DNA from: Sedimentisphaerales bacterium
GTDB lineage: Bacteria; Planctomycetota; Phycisphaerae; Sedimentisphaerales; SM23-30
Reading direction: 5' to 3'
Assembly (NCBI GenBank): GCA_963663805.2
Contig: CAXXMR010000024.1
Location: 1 to 37,882, forward strand
DNA: 37,882 nucleotides
Notes under the pieces: model-generated
What the model saw: the letters and a program-made list of their open reading frames with translations, nothing else
Database searches by the model: none
Told to the model about the DNA's origin: nothing
Shown: one piece after another, positions 9,162 through 18,784 of the stretch
Numbering within the stretch: position 1 is the stretch's first letter
Layout of the letters: each line of letters begins with the position of its first letter
Made by a program: the position numbers and the translations under genes

Positions 9162-12080
9162 TTATTTAAGTGCGGCGAGGTTCTGGTTTACGGTGTTTAG
9201 TTGCTCCTGGAGTTGGGCGAGGAGGTCTCGTTCGCGTTGGACGATTTCGGGTTTGGCTCGGCTGACGAAGTTTTCGTTGGCGAGTTTGTTCTGGCTGTTG
9301 GTGATGAATTTTTCGACTTCGGCTTTCTGCTGAAGCAGTTTTGCTTTTTCAGATTCGGCGTCGATGACATCGTGGATGTAGATTTCCCAGCCGGCGGCGA
9401 CGGCGACGGCGGCGTTTTCGGGTTTGGCACAGTCGGTTGCGGCAATGAGCGAGGAAAGGTTGGTTTCGTCGGAAATTAATCTGCCGTGTTCTTTGATTAG
9501 TTGGCAGCGTTGGGTGTCGGCTTTGATAGAGACATCAAGCTGCTGACGCGGGGCGACCTGATAGCGGGCGCGTACTTCACGGATGAGTTTGATGGCTTCC
9601 TGGATTTGGCTGAGGCTTTCCTCGGCGGCAGAATCGACAATCGCGTTATCAAAGCTGGGCCAGGGGGCGGTGATGAGGCAGGGTGAAGGGCCGAGCTGAG
9701 CGAAGCCGGTGAGGTCACGTTGGGGGCAGATTTGGTTAAGCTGCTGATAGATTCCTTCGGTGATGAAAGGCATGATGGGGTGGAACAGCCTGAGTGTGGC
9801 ATCGAGCACGAAAGCGAGTACACGCTGGGCGGTTGGTTTTAATTGCGGGTCGCGCATGCGTGGTTTGATAAGTTCGAGGTACCAGTCGCAAAGCTCGTTC
9901 CAGAAGAATTTATAGAGACTGTTGGCCGGCTCGCTGAATTTGAATTCGTCGAGCTGCTGGGTGACTTCTTTGGTGGTCGCTGCCAGTCGGGAGAGTATCC
10001 AGCGGTCTTCGAGTTTGAGTTGGTTGGGGTCGAAGGGGCCGGTGGGGGTTTCTTCGAGGTTGGTGAGCGCGAATCTTGAGGCGTTCCAGAGTTTGTTACA
10101 GAAGTTACGTCCGAGGTCGAATTTTGGTGAGGTGTTGACGATTCGTCCGTCGGGCAGTTCGAGCGGCTCGACGGGCATACGTACATCCTGAGTCTGGGTG
10201 GTCATGCCGGCAAGGGTGAAACGCATAGCGTCGGCGCCGTGGCTGTCGATGGCGATGAGTGGGTCGATGCCGTTGCCGAGGCTCTTGGACATTTTGCGGC
10301 CCTGGCCATCCTGTATCATGGCGTGGATGAATACATCAGCGAAAGGAATATCGCCGAGGCAATATTGGCCCATCATGACCATACGGGAGACCCAAAGGGT
10401 GATGATTTCGCGGGCGGTGCAGAGGACGTGGCCGGGATAGTAGCGGTCGAGCGCTTCGTTGGTTTCGGGCCAGCCAAGCGTGCTGAAAGGCCAGAGGGCG
10501 GAGCTGAACCAGGTATCGAGTACGTCGGGGTCGCGGGCCCAGCCTTCTTTGTTGATTGCTTCTTCGAGTTCTTCGAAGCCGGGTTTGACACACAAGAAGG
10601 TGACGGGTCCGTCTTCGCCGGGGAAGATTTGGCTGACGGTGCCGTATTCGCAGCGGTTGGGATGCTCGCCGGGTTTGGACCAGACGGGTATTTGGTGTCC
10701 CCACCATAGTTGTCGGGAGATGGGCCAGTCGCGGAGGTTTTCGAGCCAGGTTTGGTAATTTTTTTCGTAGCGTTCGGGCGTAATGCGGAGTTTTTTGTCG
10801 AGCAGGGGTTTGAGGGCCAGACCGGCCAGAGAATTAACCGGGACATCCGTATCGGGAATAAGGCCTGTGCCGAATTTTTCGGCGAGGTGCGGGATTTCTT
10901 TTTTGACGGCGATGTACCACTGGTCGGAGAGATAGGGTTCGATGGGGACATGGCTGCGGTAGCTGTGGCCTACTTCGTGGGCGTGGGGACGAACATCCTC
11001 GAGCAGTTTTTCCTGGCGAAACCATTCTATAATCGCTTCACGTGCTTCAAAGCGGTCCATACCGAGCATTTGTTCGGCATCAGTTCCGCGGACGTCGCAC
11101 CAGCCGTACTGGTCGCTGATGGAGCCGTCGGGTGCCATGATGTTAATGACGTCGAGTTTGTGGCGGATTCCGATTTCCCAGTCGTTGGGGTCGTGGGCGG
11201 GTGTCACTTTGAGGAAGCCGGTAGAGAAGCGGGCTTTTTCGTCCGGGCTTTCGGGGTCGGGCAAGACAACATGTTCATCGGCGACAAGCGGAATCTCGCG
11301 TCCTACGATGGGTAGTCTGACCATCTTGCCGACGAGTGAATTGGCACGCGGGTCGCGCGGGTTCATGGCGACGGCGGTATCGCCGAGCATGGTTTCCGGG
11401 CGAGTGGTGGCGACGGTAATGAACTCGACAAGTTTGCCCTCAATCATAACCGGTTCGACGAGCGGGTATTGCAGGTACCAGAAGCTGCCCTGTACCATTT
11501 CGTGTTCGACTTCGTCGTCGGCGAGTACGGTTTGGGTGGCGGGGTCCCAGTTGACCAGTCTTTTTCCGCGGTAGATGAGTCCGTCGCTGAAAAGTTTGAA
11601 GAAGGTTTCGCGAACGGCACGGGCACAAGTTTCGTCCATGGTGAAACGGGTACGCTGCCAGTCGCAGGAACAGCCCATGGCCTGGAGCTGGCTGATGATC
11701 TGGGCTTCGTATTGGTCTTTCCATTCCTGGACGCGGCCAATAAATTCTTCACGCTGGAAATCGGTGCGGCGTTTGCCCTCCTCAGCGAGAATACGTTTTT
11801 CGACCACGGTTTGAGTGGCGATACCGGCATGGTCAGTGCCGGGCATCCAGAGGGTGTTGCGGCTTTGCATGCGGCGGAAGCGGATGAGTATGTCCTGAAG
11901 CGTGTTATTGAGTGCATGGCCGAGATGTAGAGCGGCGGTTACGTTCGGCGGGGGAATGACAATGGCATAGGAGTCGCCGGGTGCCTGGGGGTCGGCGTGG
12001 AAGGCTTGGGAGTCGTTCCAGATTTGGCGGGCGGCTTGCTCAACCTGCTGCGGTTCGTAGATTTTGGCCATTTCACTCAT
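9162..12080 (-). CDS. valS: Valine--tRNA ligase
   Basis: PPPNVT..LHLGHAL, GTDHAGIATQ, KMSKS and a C-terminal coiled coil. Confidence 0.97.
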   Translation of the reverse strand: MSEMAKIYEPQQVEQAARQIWNDSQAFHADPQAPGDSYAIVIPPPNVTAALHLGHALNNTLQDILIRFRRMQSRNTLWMPGTDHAGIATQTVVEKRILAEEGKRRTDFQREEFIGRVQEWKDQYEAQIISQLQAMGCSCDWQRTRFTMDETCARAVRETFFKLFSDGLIYRGKRLVNWDPATQTVLADDEVEHEMVQGSFWYLQYPLVEPVMIEGKLVEFITVATTRPETMLGDTAVAMNPRDPRANSLVGKMVRLPIVGREIPLVADEHVVLPDPESPDEKARFSTGFLKVTPAHDPNDWEIGIRHKLDVINIMAPDGSISDQYGWCDVRGTDAEQMLGMDRFEAREAIIEWFRQEKLLEDVRPHAHEVGHSYRSHVPIEPYLSDQWYIAVKKEIPHLAEKFGTGLIPDTDVPVNSLAGLALKPLLDKKLRITPERYEKNYQTWLENLRDWPISRQLWWGHQIPVWSKPGEHPNRCEYGTVSQIFPGEDGPVTFLCVKPGFEELEEAINKEGWARDPDVLDTWFSSALWPFSTLGWPETNEALDRYYPGHVLCTAREIITLWVSRMVMMGQYCLGDIPFADVFIHAMIQDGQGRKMSKSLGNGIDPLIAIDSHGADAMRFTLAGMTTQTQDVRMPVEPLELPDGRIVNTSPKFDLGRNFCNKLWNASRFALTNLEETPTGPFDPNQLKLEDRWILSRLAATTKEVTQQLDEFKFSEPANSLYKFFWNELCDWYLELIKPRMRDPQLKPTAQRVLAFVLDATLRLFHPIMPFITEGIYQQLNQICPQRDLTGFAQLGPSPCLITAPWPSFDNAIVDSAAEESLSQIQEAIKLIREVRARYQVAPRQQLDVSIKADTQRCQLIKEHGRLISDETNLSSLIAATDCAKPENAAVAVAAGWEIYIHDVIDAESEKAKLLQQKAEVEKFITNSQNKLANENFVSRAKPEIVQRERDLLAQLQEQLNTVNQNLAALK

Positions 12081-12164
12081 TTGTAAATATATTTCCTGTA
12101 GTCAGTTATGTCGTTTTGGCGACAGATGGGTTTGTTTGTATAACGCCTTTATATTCAAGATGTT

Positions 12165-12193
12165 ACTATAAAGCGACAGTGGGAGGCTGTCAA
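12165..12193 (-). promoter_or_regulatory. Putative sigma70-type promoter of valS
   Basis: TTGACA (12193-12188), 17 nt, TATAGT (12170-12165). Confidence 0.7.
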
Positions 12194-12474
12194 GAAGAAC
12201 GGGCAGAGGTAATCGGGATTGTTATGTTAAAATGGGTAAGGTGTGATAGTTGTAATTGGTGCAAATTGCAAAGTCAGGTTTGCAATTTACGCTTAAAAAA
12301 CGATTATTTTCAAACTGGATTGTTCCATGTGAAAAGCTAGGGGTAAACGGTGGCGTATAGGTAAAAAAGTATCATGTGGGTAATTGCGGCTAGGGTTGGT
12401 TGAGGATATAATTTCGGCTTATGCTCCTGCAAGTAAGGGGGCGATGGATGTTATTCATTAATATTGGAGGCGTT

Positions 12475-13551
12475 ATGGTTAAGCGGATTTTATGGTCGAT
12501 GCTGGTGTTTGTTCTGGGTATTTCAGCGTGCGGGTTTGGGGCGGCGGCGTTTGATTCTACGGTCTTGAATGATACCACCTGGTATGTCTGGGCCAAAGGG
12601 TCGAGTTCCTGGAGTGATGAGGACGGCAGGGGCAAGGATCCTATCGCGGATTTGATTTTCCTGCAGTTAAACGCGGACGGCACTTACGAAGTGACGGAAA
12701 TCGAAGATGATTCCGGCACGGCGCTTTTTGTCGGGACGTGGGATTGTGATTCCAAGGGCAAGATTACCATGACGGTTAACAATGAGTCGCTGGAGGAATG
12801 GTTTGTCCGTGATAATATCGAAGAAGATGAAGGCGATGTGCTGAATGAGTCATCGCTGGCGTCTGAGGGGAGCTTCTCGGGCACGGTTAAGAGGAAAGGC
12901 GAGGTCTTGACGCTGAAAATCAAAGGTCAGCTGGAAGTGTCCGCGACCTATGAAGCGGTCAGCTGGGATTATGATGAACAGAGCGGTCAATGGCAGGATA
13001 GCCAGATTACGGTAAACGGCTGGTCGAAAGACAAGTTCAGTATGACGGGGCTGTACGATCTGGCTGATTCTAATCTGACGGAACGCACCTATCGTTTTAC
13101 GGAAATACCGCTGGCCGAGAAAATCGACAAGCAAAGCTCGAAGAGTGCGCTCAGTTGTGATGTTACACTGGAGCCGGAAAATACCTGTTTTGGCCAGTTT
13201 ACCATGGAGGTAGCTGACGGTTCTTATGGCGGGATTCTGACGGGTTCTTATACAACACTGGGAAAAAAGCTGATGCTGCAGATGGGTGAGTTGACGGGCG
13301 AGGAAATGGTCAAGGAATCCGGCATGAATTATCTCCAGAACGAAATAGGCGAAGAAATTGATATGGATAATTACGATGACGACTGGGATGTTGACAGTGA
13401 AGGACGGGGTATGGTGTTGACGGAGAATACCAAAAAGCAAAACGCCAAACTGGTCGGCAAGCTTGATTTTTATGTTTCCTGCTGGCTGGAGGGCGACCTG
13501 GAAGAAGAAGGCAAGATAGTCTTTTCAGGTACAGGTGATTTGATCGACTGA
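12475..13551 (+). CDS. Secreted acidic hypothetical protein, apparently two tandem beta-rich domains
   Basis: GGAGG RBS before the ATG at 12475; signal peptide MVKRILWSMLVFVLGISA; D/E-rich. Confidence 0.7.
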   Translation: MVKRILWSMLVFVLGISACGFGAAAFDSTVLNDTTWYVWAKGSSSWSDEDGRGKDPIADLIFLQLNADGTYEVTEIEDDSGTALFVGTWDCDSKGKITMTVNNESLEEWFVRDNIEEDEGDVLNESSLASEGSFSGTVKRKGEVLTLKIKGQLEVSATYEAVSWDYDEQSGQWQDSQITVNGWSKDKFSMTGLYDLADSNLTERTYRFTEIPLAEKIDKQSSKSALSCDVTLEPENTCFGQFTMEVADGSYGGILTGSYTTLGKKLMLQMGELTGEEMVKESGMNYLQNEIGEEIDMDNYDDDWDVDSEGRGMVLTENTKKQNAKLVGKLDFYVSCWLEGDLEEEGKIVFSGTGDLID

Positions 13552-13565
13552 TTCCGACGGAGGCA

Positions 13566-13594
13566 TCCCCCGCGGGCTTTAGGCTTGCGGGGGA
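13566..13594. terminator. GC-rich hairpin between convergent genes
   Basis: tcccccgc (13566-13573) / gcggggga (13587-13594) inverted repeat; no clear U tail. Confidence 0.45.
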
Positions 13595-13629
13595 ACCTTC
13601 TTAATGCGGGGAAGCGGGGAGCAATTTTC

Positions 13630-14373
13630 TTAAGGTTTTTTCTGCTGGAAGAGCCATTCCCAGAATTTGGGGTTTTGGTAGGTTTGGGTCCAGCTGTCAT
13701 GGCCGACGCCGGGGTAGATGGTGAGTTTGGCATGGCCGCCGCGCTGGTTGATGGAATCGACCATTAGCTTGCTTTCTTCGGGCAGGACGACATCATCGGC
13801 GCCGCCGTGAAACGCCCAGATGGGCAGGTCGGTCATCTGTCGGGTGAGGATTTTCATTCCGCCGCCGCAAATAGGGGCTAGAGCCGCGAAGCGTTCGGGG
13901 TAAGTGCCGCCTAACTGCCAGGTTCCGTATCCGCCCATGCTCAGGCCGGTGAGATAGACGCGGTTTTCGTCGATATTATATTTCGCGATGATGCTGTCGA
14001 GCAGGGCGTTGAGGACATCAGGTGACCAGAATTCATCGTCGGGGCATTGGGGGCAGACGATAACAGCGGGGAAGTTTTGGCCCTGTTCGATGAGCTGGGC
14101 CGGGCCGTGGGCCTTGACCATGTTCAGGTCGCTGCCGCGTTCGCCGATGCCGTGAAGGAAAAGCACCAGCGGCCAGGGTGTGTCAAATGCTTCATAGTCC
14201 GGCGGCAGATAGAGCAGGTAACTGGACTCAATGTGTTTGGTTATGGTAGTGCTCAGTGACTGGGGCTGGAGCATGGCAGCTTCTCCGGAAGGGTTAGCGG
14301 TTGGGGTTTGAGGCTTCTGACAGCCGGGAATGAAAACGCTCAATACGATTAAAACCAGGATTATTTTAGGCAT
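13630..14373 (-). CDS. Alpha/beta-hydrolase lipoprotein (phospholipase/carboxylesterase or peptidase-like)
   Basis: LFLHGIGERG, nucleophile elbow GLSMGG, FHG..DDVV, GHDSW; lipobox-like IPGC after MPKII. Confidence 0.85.
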   Translation of the reverse strand: MPKIILVLIVLSVFIPGCQKPQTPTANPSGEAAMLQPQSLSTTITKHIESSYLLYLPPDYEAFDTPWPLVLFLHGIGERGSDLNMVKAHGPAQLIEQGQNFPAVIVCPQCPDDEFWSPDVLNALLDSIIAKYNIDENRVYLTGLSMGGYGTWQLGGTYPERFAALAPICGGGMKILTRQMTDLPIWAFHGGADDVVLPEESKLMVDSINQRGGHAKLTIYPGVGHDSWTQTYQNPKFWEWLFQQKKP

Positions 14374-14560
14374 AGGGCACCTGCTGTTAAAAGTTGGTAC
14401 GGGATTACGGCTCCATAATCGCACCGACTCATTATAAGGAGGTCAGATGGCGGGGCAATTAATTTTCGATATTCAGCAGGTTTAGACATTCGCTTGCCGG
14501 TTGGCCCTGGTGCGGTTAAAATAAGGTTTTATTGGAATAAACCGCATGGAGGCCGTCAGG

Positions 14561-15193
14561 ATGGCTTGTCAGGATAAGAAAATACGGTTGGGTGTGCTGC
14601 TTTCGGGCGGAGGCAGGACCATGGTCAATCTGGCTGAGTGTATCGGGCGGGGCGAGCTGGATGCCGAGATTGTAGCGGTGGTGAGCAGTCGTTCGACCGT
14701 GGCCGGGGTCGAACGGGCGCGGAAGCTGGGCATCCAGCCGGAAGTCGTGCGGAAGATAGATTTCCCGGATGTGGATGAGTTCAGCGAGCAAATAGCGGCG
14801 ATAATGGACACCGCCCGGGTCGATCTGGTGGTGCTGTGCGGGTATCTGTGCTTCTGGAAAGTGCCGAAGCGGTACGAAAATCGGGTGATGAATATTCATC
14901 CTTCGCTGCTGCCTTCGTTTGGCGGGCAGGGGATGTGGGGCCATCATGTCCATGAAGCCGTACTCGAAACGGGCTGCAAGGTGAGCGGGCCGACGGTGCA
15001 TTTCGTTACGAATGAATACGACAGTGGGCCGATTATTATTCAGCGCTGCTGTCCGGTTTATGATACGGACAACGCGTCCAGTCTGGGCGAGCGAGTGTTC
15101 GAGCAGGAGTGCCTGGCGTATCCGGAGGCGATTAGATTGTTCGCGGCGGGGCAGTTGACGGTCCGGAACGGCGTAGTTTGCATTGACAAATAA
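14561..15193 (+). CDS. purN: Phosphoribosylglycinamide formyltransferase
   Basis: LLSGGGRT, NIHPSLLPSFGG, GPTVHFV..YDSGPII. Confidence 0.93.
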   Translation: MACQDKKIRLGVLLSGGGRTMVNLAECIGRGELDAEIVAVVSSRSTVAGVERARKLGIQPEVVRKIDFPDVDEFSEQIAAIMDTARVDLVVLCGYLCFWKVPKRYENRVMNIHPSLLPSFGGQGMWGHHVHEAVLETGCKVSGPTVHFVTNEYDSGPIIIQRCCPVYDTDNASSLGERVFEQECLAYPEAIRLFAAGQLTVRNGVVCIDK

Positions 15194-15197
15194 AAAG

Positions 15198-15251
15198 TCA
15201 GAACTCAGAAATCAGATTAACGACGAGGTTTCGTCCGGGGCAAAGCCGGAC
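15198..15251 (+). repeat. Short module-B copy: TCAGAnn x3 + AACGACGAGGTTTCG + GTCCGG/CCGGAC hairpin
   Basis: Direct reading; same architecture as 3603-3690 and 19240-19298 (minus strand). Confidence 0.65.
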
Positions 15252-15273
15252 CATACGGGCCGGAGGTTAGCAC

Positions 15274-16086
15274 ATGCCTGATATTGGAAAAACCGGCGAC
15301 GCGAAGATTTATAAGGTCGGGGTGGTTAGTTTTTTTAATGCCCGGCCTTTGATATGGGGGCTGGCGGATGAGCAGCGGGTCGAGCTTTGTCCGGCGGTTC
15401 CTTCGGCTCTGGCGGCGGGGCTTGACAGCGGGGAATATGGGGCAGCTTTGGTGCCTTCGATAGATTATCAACGCAGCAGCAAACCCTGGCGGATTTTGCC
15501 GGAGGGGATTATCGGTTCACGCGGTGAGGTTCTGACAGTGCGGGTGTTTTCGCGAACGCCGCTGAAGGAGGTTGAGGAAGTAGCTTGTGATGTTGATTCG
15601 CATACTTCAGTGGCATTGCTGGAGGTGGTTTGGCGGCTTCGGTACAAGAAAGATATAAAAGTGATACCGTGTTCTGCTTCACCGGCCGGGTATGATACGG
15701 TAATGCTGATAGGCGATAAGGTGCTGTGTCATCTGGGCTGGTGGGATTATGAAATAGATTTAGGGCAGCTTTGGACGGAGCTGACCGGACTGCCGTTTGC
15801 TTACGCGTTCTGGGCGGTGCCGGACGGCGTGGATAATGATGAACTGGTGGGGATTCTGGCCGATGCTTATCGGCAGGGCTTAAAAAAACGTGATTTAATC
15901 GCCGATACTTACGGCGGGGAGCATGGTTTCACCAGCGAGCGGGGGCAGGAATATTTCCGGCGAAATATCTGTTATGATTTCGATGATGAGATGCGCCAGG
16001 GTTTAGCGCGGTTTTATGAGCTGGCCCACGAAATGGGGATAATACCACATAACCGGGAGATGCGCTTTTGGGGAGAGTCCATCTAA
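15274..16086 (+). CDS. mqnA: Chorismate dehydratase (futalosine menaquinone pathway)
   Basis: VSFFNARPL, SHTSVALL, LIGDK, DLGQLWTELTGLPFAYAFW; adjacent to mqnC. Confidence 0.88.
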   Translation: MPDIGKTGDAKIYKVGVVSFFNARPLIWGLADEQRVELCPAVPSALAAGLDSGEYGAALVPSIDYQRSSKPWRILPEGIIGSRGEVLTVRVFSRTPLKEVEEVACDVDSHTSVALLEVVWRLRYKKDIKVIPCSASPAGYDTVMLIGDKVLCHLGWWDYEIDLGQLWTELTGLPFAYAFWAVPDGVDNDELVGILADAYRQGLKKRDLIADTYGGEHGFTSERGQEYFRRNICYDFDDEMRQGLARFYELAHEMGIIPHNREMRFWGESI

Positions 16087-17159
16087 TGGCACGTCTGACG
16101 GCGGAGCGGGGGCGGGAACTTTATGAGCGGGCCAGCTGGCCGACGCTGGCTGAGCGGGCGGGCGAACTTACTAATCAGCTGCACGGGGATAAGGTGCGAA
16201 CTTATGTCATCGAGCGGAATATCAATTATACGAATGTTTGTCGGGCGCGGTGTTCGTTTTGCGCGTTTAGTGTTTCGCCGGGAACGGGACGGGGCTATGT
16301 TTTATCTGAGCAAACTATCGCCGATAAGATTCAGGAACTGCTCGCTATCGGCGGAACGCAGATTTTATTGCAGGGCGGATTGAATCCGGATTTAACCTTT
16401 GATTGGTACGAAAATGTGTTGGGTTTTATCCGAAGTGAGTTTCCGGGGCTGCATATCCACGCTTTTTCGCCGCCGGAAGTAATTTCATTGGCCGACCAGA
16501 GCGGGTTGACGGTCGCGATGGTTCTGGAGCGGCTGCGCCAAGCCGGGCTGGACAGTATCCCCGGCGGCGGAGCGGAAATTCTGGTTGAGAGGGTGCGTCG
16601 GGAAATCGCCCCCGGTAAATGCACCGCGGCCCAGTGGCTCTCGGTTATGCGTCAGGCCCATCGGCTGGGGATTTATAGTACCGCGACGATGATGTTCGGC
16701 CATGTGGAAAATCTCGCCGAGCGGATCGAGCATCTGGAGGCCCTGCGAAGTTTGCAGGATGAATCGCGGAAATATAAAGCCGACCATCCCGAAGCGGGCC
16801 TGTTCACGGCCTTTACCTGCTGGCCTTTCCAGTCGGGCCATACTTCCCTGGAACATAAAACCGGCAGCCGCGGCGGAGCGGCCGGGGCGGTCGAGCAATT
16901 GAAGATGACCGCCCTGGCGAGATTATATCTGGACAATATCGACAATATTCAGGCCTCCTGGGTCACGCAGGGCCCGGCAGTCGCCCAGGTTTCTCTTGCC
17001 GGCGGCTGTAACGATATCGGTTCACTGATGATGGAAGAAAACGTAGTCGCCGCCGCCGGAACGAGCTATCTGCTGGAGCTGGAGTCTCTAAAAGAAATAA
17101 TCCGCCACGCAGGTTTCAAAGCCCGCCAGCGGGATTATTATTATAATGCTCTGTCGTAG
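16086..17159 (+). CDS. mqnC: Cyclic dehypoxanthinyl futalosine synthase (radical SAM, CofH/MqnC family)
   Basis: RNINYTNVCRARCSFCAF, LLQGG, SIPGGGAEIL, NIQASWVTQG, MMEENVV; TAATG overlap with mqnA. Confidence 0.88.
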   Translation: MARLTAERGRELYERASWPTLAERAGELTNQLHGDKVRTYVIERNINYTNVCRARCSFCAFSVSPGTGRGYVLSEQTIADKIQELLAIGGTQILLQGGLNPDLTFDWYENVLGFIRSEFPGLHIHAFSPPEVISLADQSGLTVAMVLERLRQAGLDSIPGGGAEILVERVRREIAPGKCTAAQWLSVMRQAHRLGIYSTATMMFGHVENLAERIEHLEALRSLQDESRKYKADHPEAGLFTAFTCWPFQSGHTSLEHKTGSRGGAAGAVEQLKMTALARLYLDNIDNIQASWVTQGPAVAQVSLAGGCNDIGSLMMEENVVAAAGTSYLLELESLKEIIRHAGFKARQRDYYYNALS

Positions 17160-17279
17160 GCGGAGAATGACAGTAAGTTTCAAAAAATGCACCGGACACT
17201 TCCTATGAAGCCAGATGTGTCAAGGTTGATTTTAGTTTTTTTTGATTTTCTTTTTTTTCACTTTACGTACCTTTTCTGC

Positions 17280-17451
17280 AGCTCGGTTATGATCGGTCGT
17301 CTCATGCTCCTATTCAGGTTGCCGCGGGATTATTTTGATTTCGCGGGCCTATTAAACTTATGCGGCAGTCGGCCTATTCTTAAGTACGGGCTCAAATGGC
17401 CCAAGGTGTCCGTCAGGCTCGACTGTATTCGATCTCGATCACTAAAGAGCT
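17280..17451 (-). ncRNA. Putative bridge RNA (seekRNA) of the IS110/IS1111 element
   Basis: Closing stems AGCUC/GAGCU and UGAUCG/CGAUCA. Target loop guides CGGACAC and UUAAGAA match the flanks; donor loop segments AGUUU and AUAGGA match the end-junction. Confidence 0.8.
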
Positions 17452-17582
17452 TCAATCATGTCAATTTTGTTTTTCTTATGGTCGTTAGGTTCTGGTTAAT
17501 CTGGTTATTGTAAACGGTTCTTTATATTCGGCGTCAGCCGGGGGGAAGCCGGCGAGGATGCGACCTGAGCCGGATTCATTTT

Positions 17583-18686
17583 TTATTGAACGCACCTCTG
17601 AGGTGTTGGGGTCAGTCGATTTCTCCTTGTGTTAACTGATACCTTTTGTATTTTATACTTCCAGGGTTTATGGTCGCGCAGCATGGCCCAGCAGCGAATA
17701 AGCAAATGTCGGGCAACGGCGATTATGGCTATTTTACGTCGTTTAGCGCTGCCTCGGCTGACGCGTAAGTATATCTCTCGGGCCCAATCGTATCGCAAAG
17801 CGGCCCAACTGGCCTGAACTAATAACGCCCTCAAAAGAGGATTGCCGCGTTTGCTGATACGGCCGGTACGGTCCATTTGGCCGGACTGATAGCGGCGGGG
17901 AGTAAAACCGACATAACTGCTAACCTGGCGGCTGTTTTTAAAACGGTGAGGGTCATCAATAACCGCGACTATTGCCTCAGCGGTTCGGGGACCTACTCCT
18001 ACGGCGGTTTGTAACAACTTTACCTTTTCCGATTTGTCATTGAGTTGGTTGAGTTTTTCGCTGGTCTGGTCGAGACATTTTTTTAGCGCCTCCAGTTGTT
18101 TCAGTTCCAGATCCAGTTGGCCACGCCAGAGTTCTTCGGGGTTATCTATTTCAGCGAAGGGCTGAGCCAATGTTTCTATTTGCTTGAGATGTTTTTTTGT
18201 CCAGCAGCTTTTGCCATCAGGCAGGTCTATGGCCATGATAGTCATCAGGGCCCGGATGCTGTTTTTGACCTGCGTCTGGCGATTGACAAGCTTTTGGCGA
18301 TAATAGATGAGACTGCGTTTTTGACGAACCGGTTTATTGGGGACATGAACTTCAGGAAAGAAGCCGTGATGATACATCATAGCCAGGCGGTGAGCATCAT
18401 CTTTGTCAGACTTGTTGGGATTGTTGGTCCATTTCCAGGCGGGATGATTGACGTTGGCAACCTTGAATTGCAGGCCCAACGCCGTGAGCATGTCCGCCAG
18501 CCAGCCGGCCTGAGAACCGACCTCGAAAAGTACGATGGAATTTTCAGGGTCCAGCTGCGCGAAAATATCGTGGAACTCCTGTGGGGAAGTTCTGACGGTC
18601 GCGTATTTGGTTGTCAAAGAGCCGGTCTCCAGCTTGCAAAATGCACTCTTGCGTTTACCTAGGTCGATTGCTACAATAGTTTCCAT
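17583..18686 (-). CDS. IS110-family DEDD recombinase/transposase
   Basis: N-terminal AIDLGK, FEVG, KSDKDDA (DEDD); C-terminal GVGPRTA..FKNSRQVSSYVGFTP..QSG..ISKRGN..LR; intact 367 aa. Confidence 0.95.
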   Translation of the reverse strand: METIVAIDLGKRKSAFCKLETGSLTTKYATVRTSPQEFHDIFAQLDPENSIVLFEVGSQAGWLADMLTALGLQFKVANVNHPAWKWTNNPNKSDKDDAHRLAMMYHHGFFPEVHVPNKPVRQKRSLIYYRQKLVNRQTQVKNSIRALMTIMAIDLPDGKSCWTKKHLKQIETLAQPFAEIDNPEELWRGQLDLELKQLEALKKCLDQTSEKLNQLNDKSEKVKLLQTAVGVGPRTAEAIVAVIDDPHRFKNSRQVSSYVGFTPRRYQSGQMDRTGRISKRGNPLLRALLVQASWAALRYDWAREIYLRVSRGSAKRRKIAIIAVARHLLIRCWAMLRDHKPWKYKIQKVSVNTRRNRLTPTPQRCVQ

Positions 18687-18689
18687 GGT

Positions 18690-18784
18690 CAGATGCTCCT
18701 TAATCCTTGTGAAGAATAAAGTTGTGGTGCCCCAGCGGCAACCACGCCGGGACGATTATAACATAATTCGTCCCGGAGCATCTG
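18690..18784 (-). promoter_or_regulatory. Structured IS leader: RBS-sequestering helix and hairpin containing an extended -10
   Basis: CAGATGCTCC (18690-18699) / GGAGCATCTG (18775-18784); ccgggacga (18747-18755) / tcgtcccgg (18768-18776) enclosing TGTTATAAT on the minus strand. Confidence 0.65.

Noticed and set aside
17187..17513. 108-aa plus-strand ORF in the IS right end
   Set aside because: Low-complexity, crosses the element boundary and is antisense to the structured RNA.
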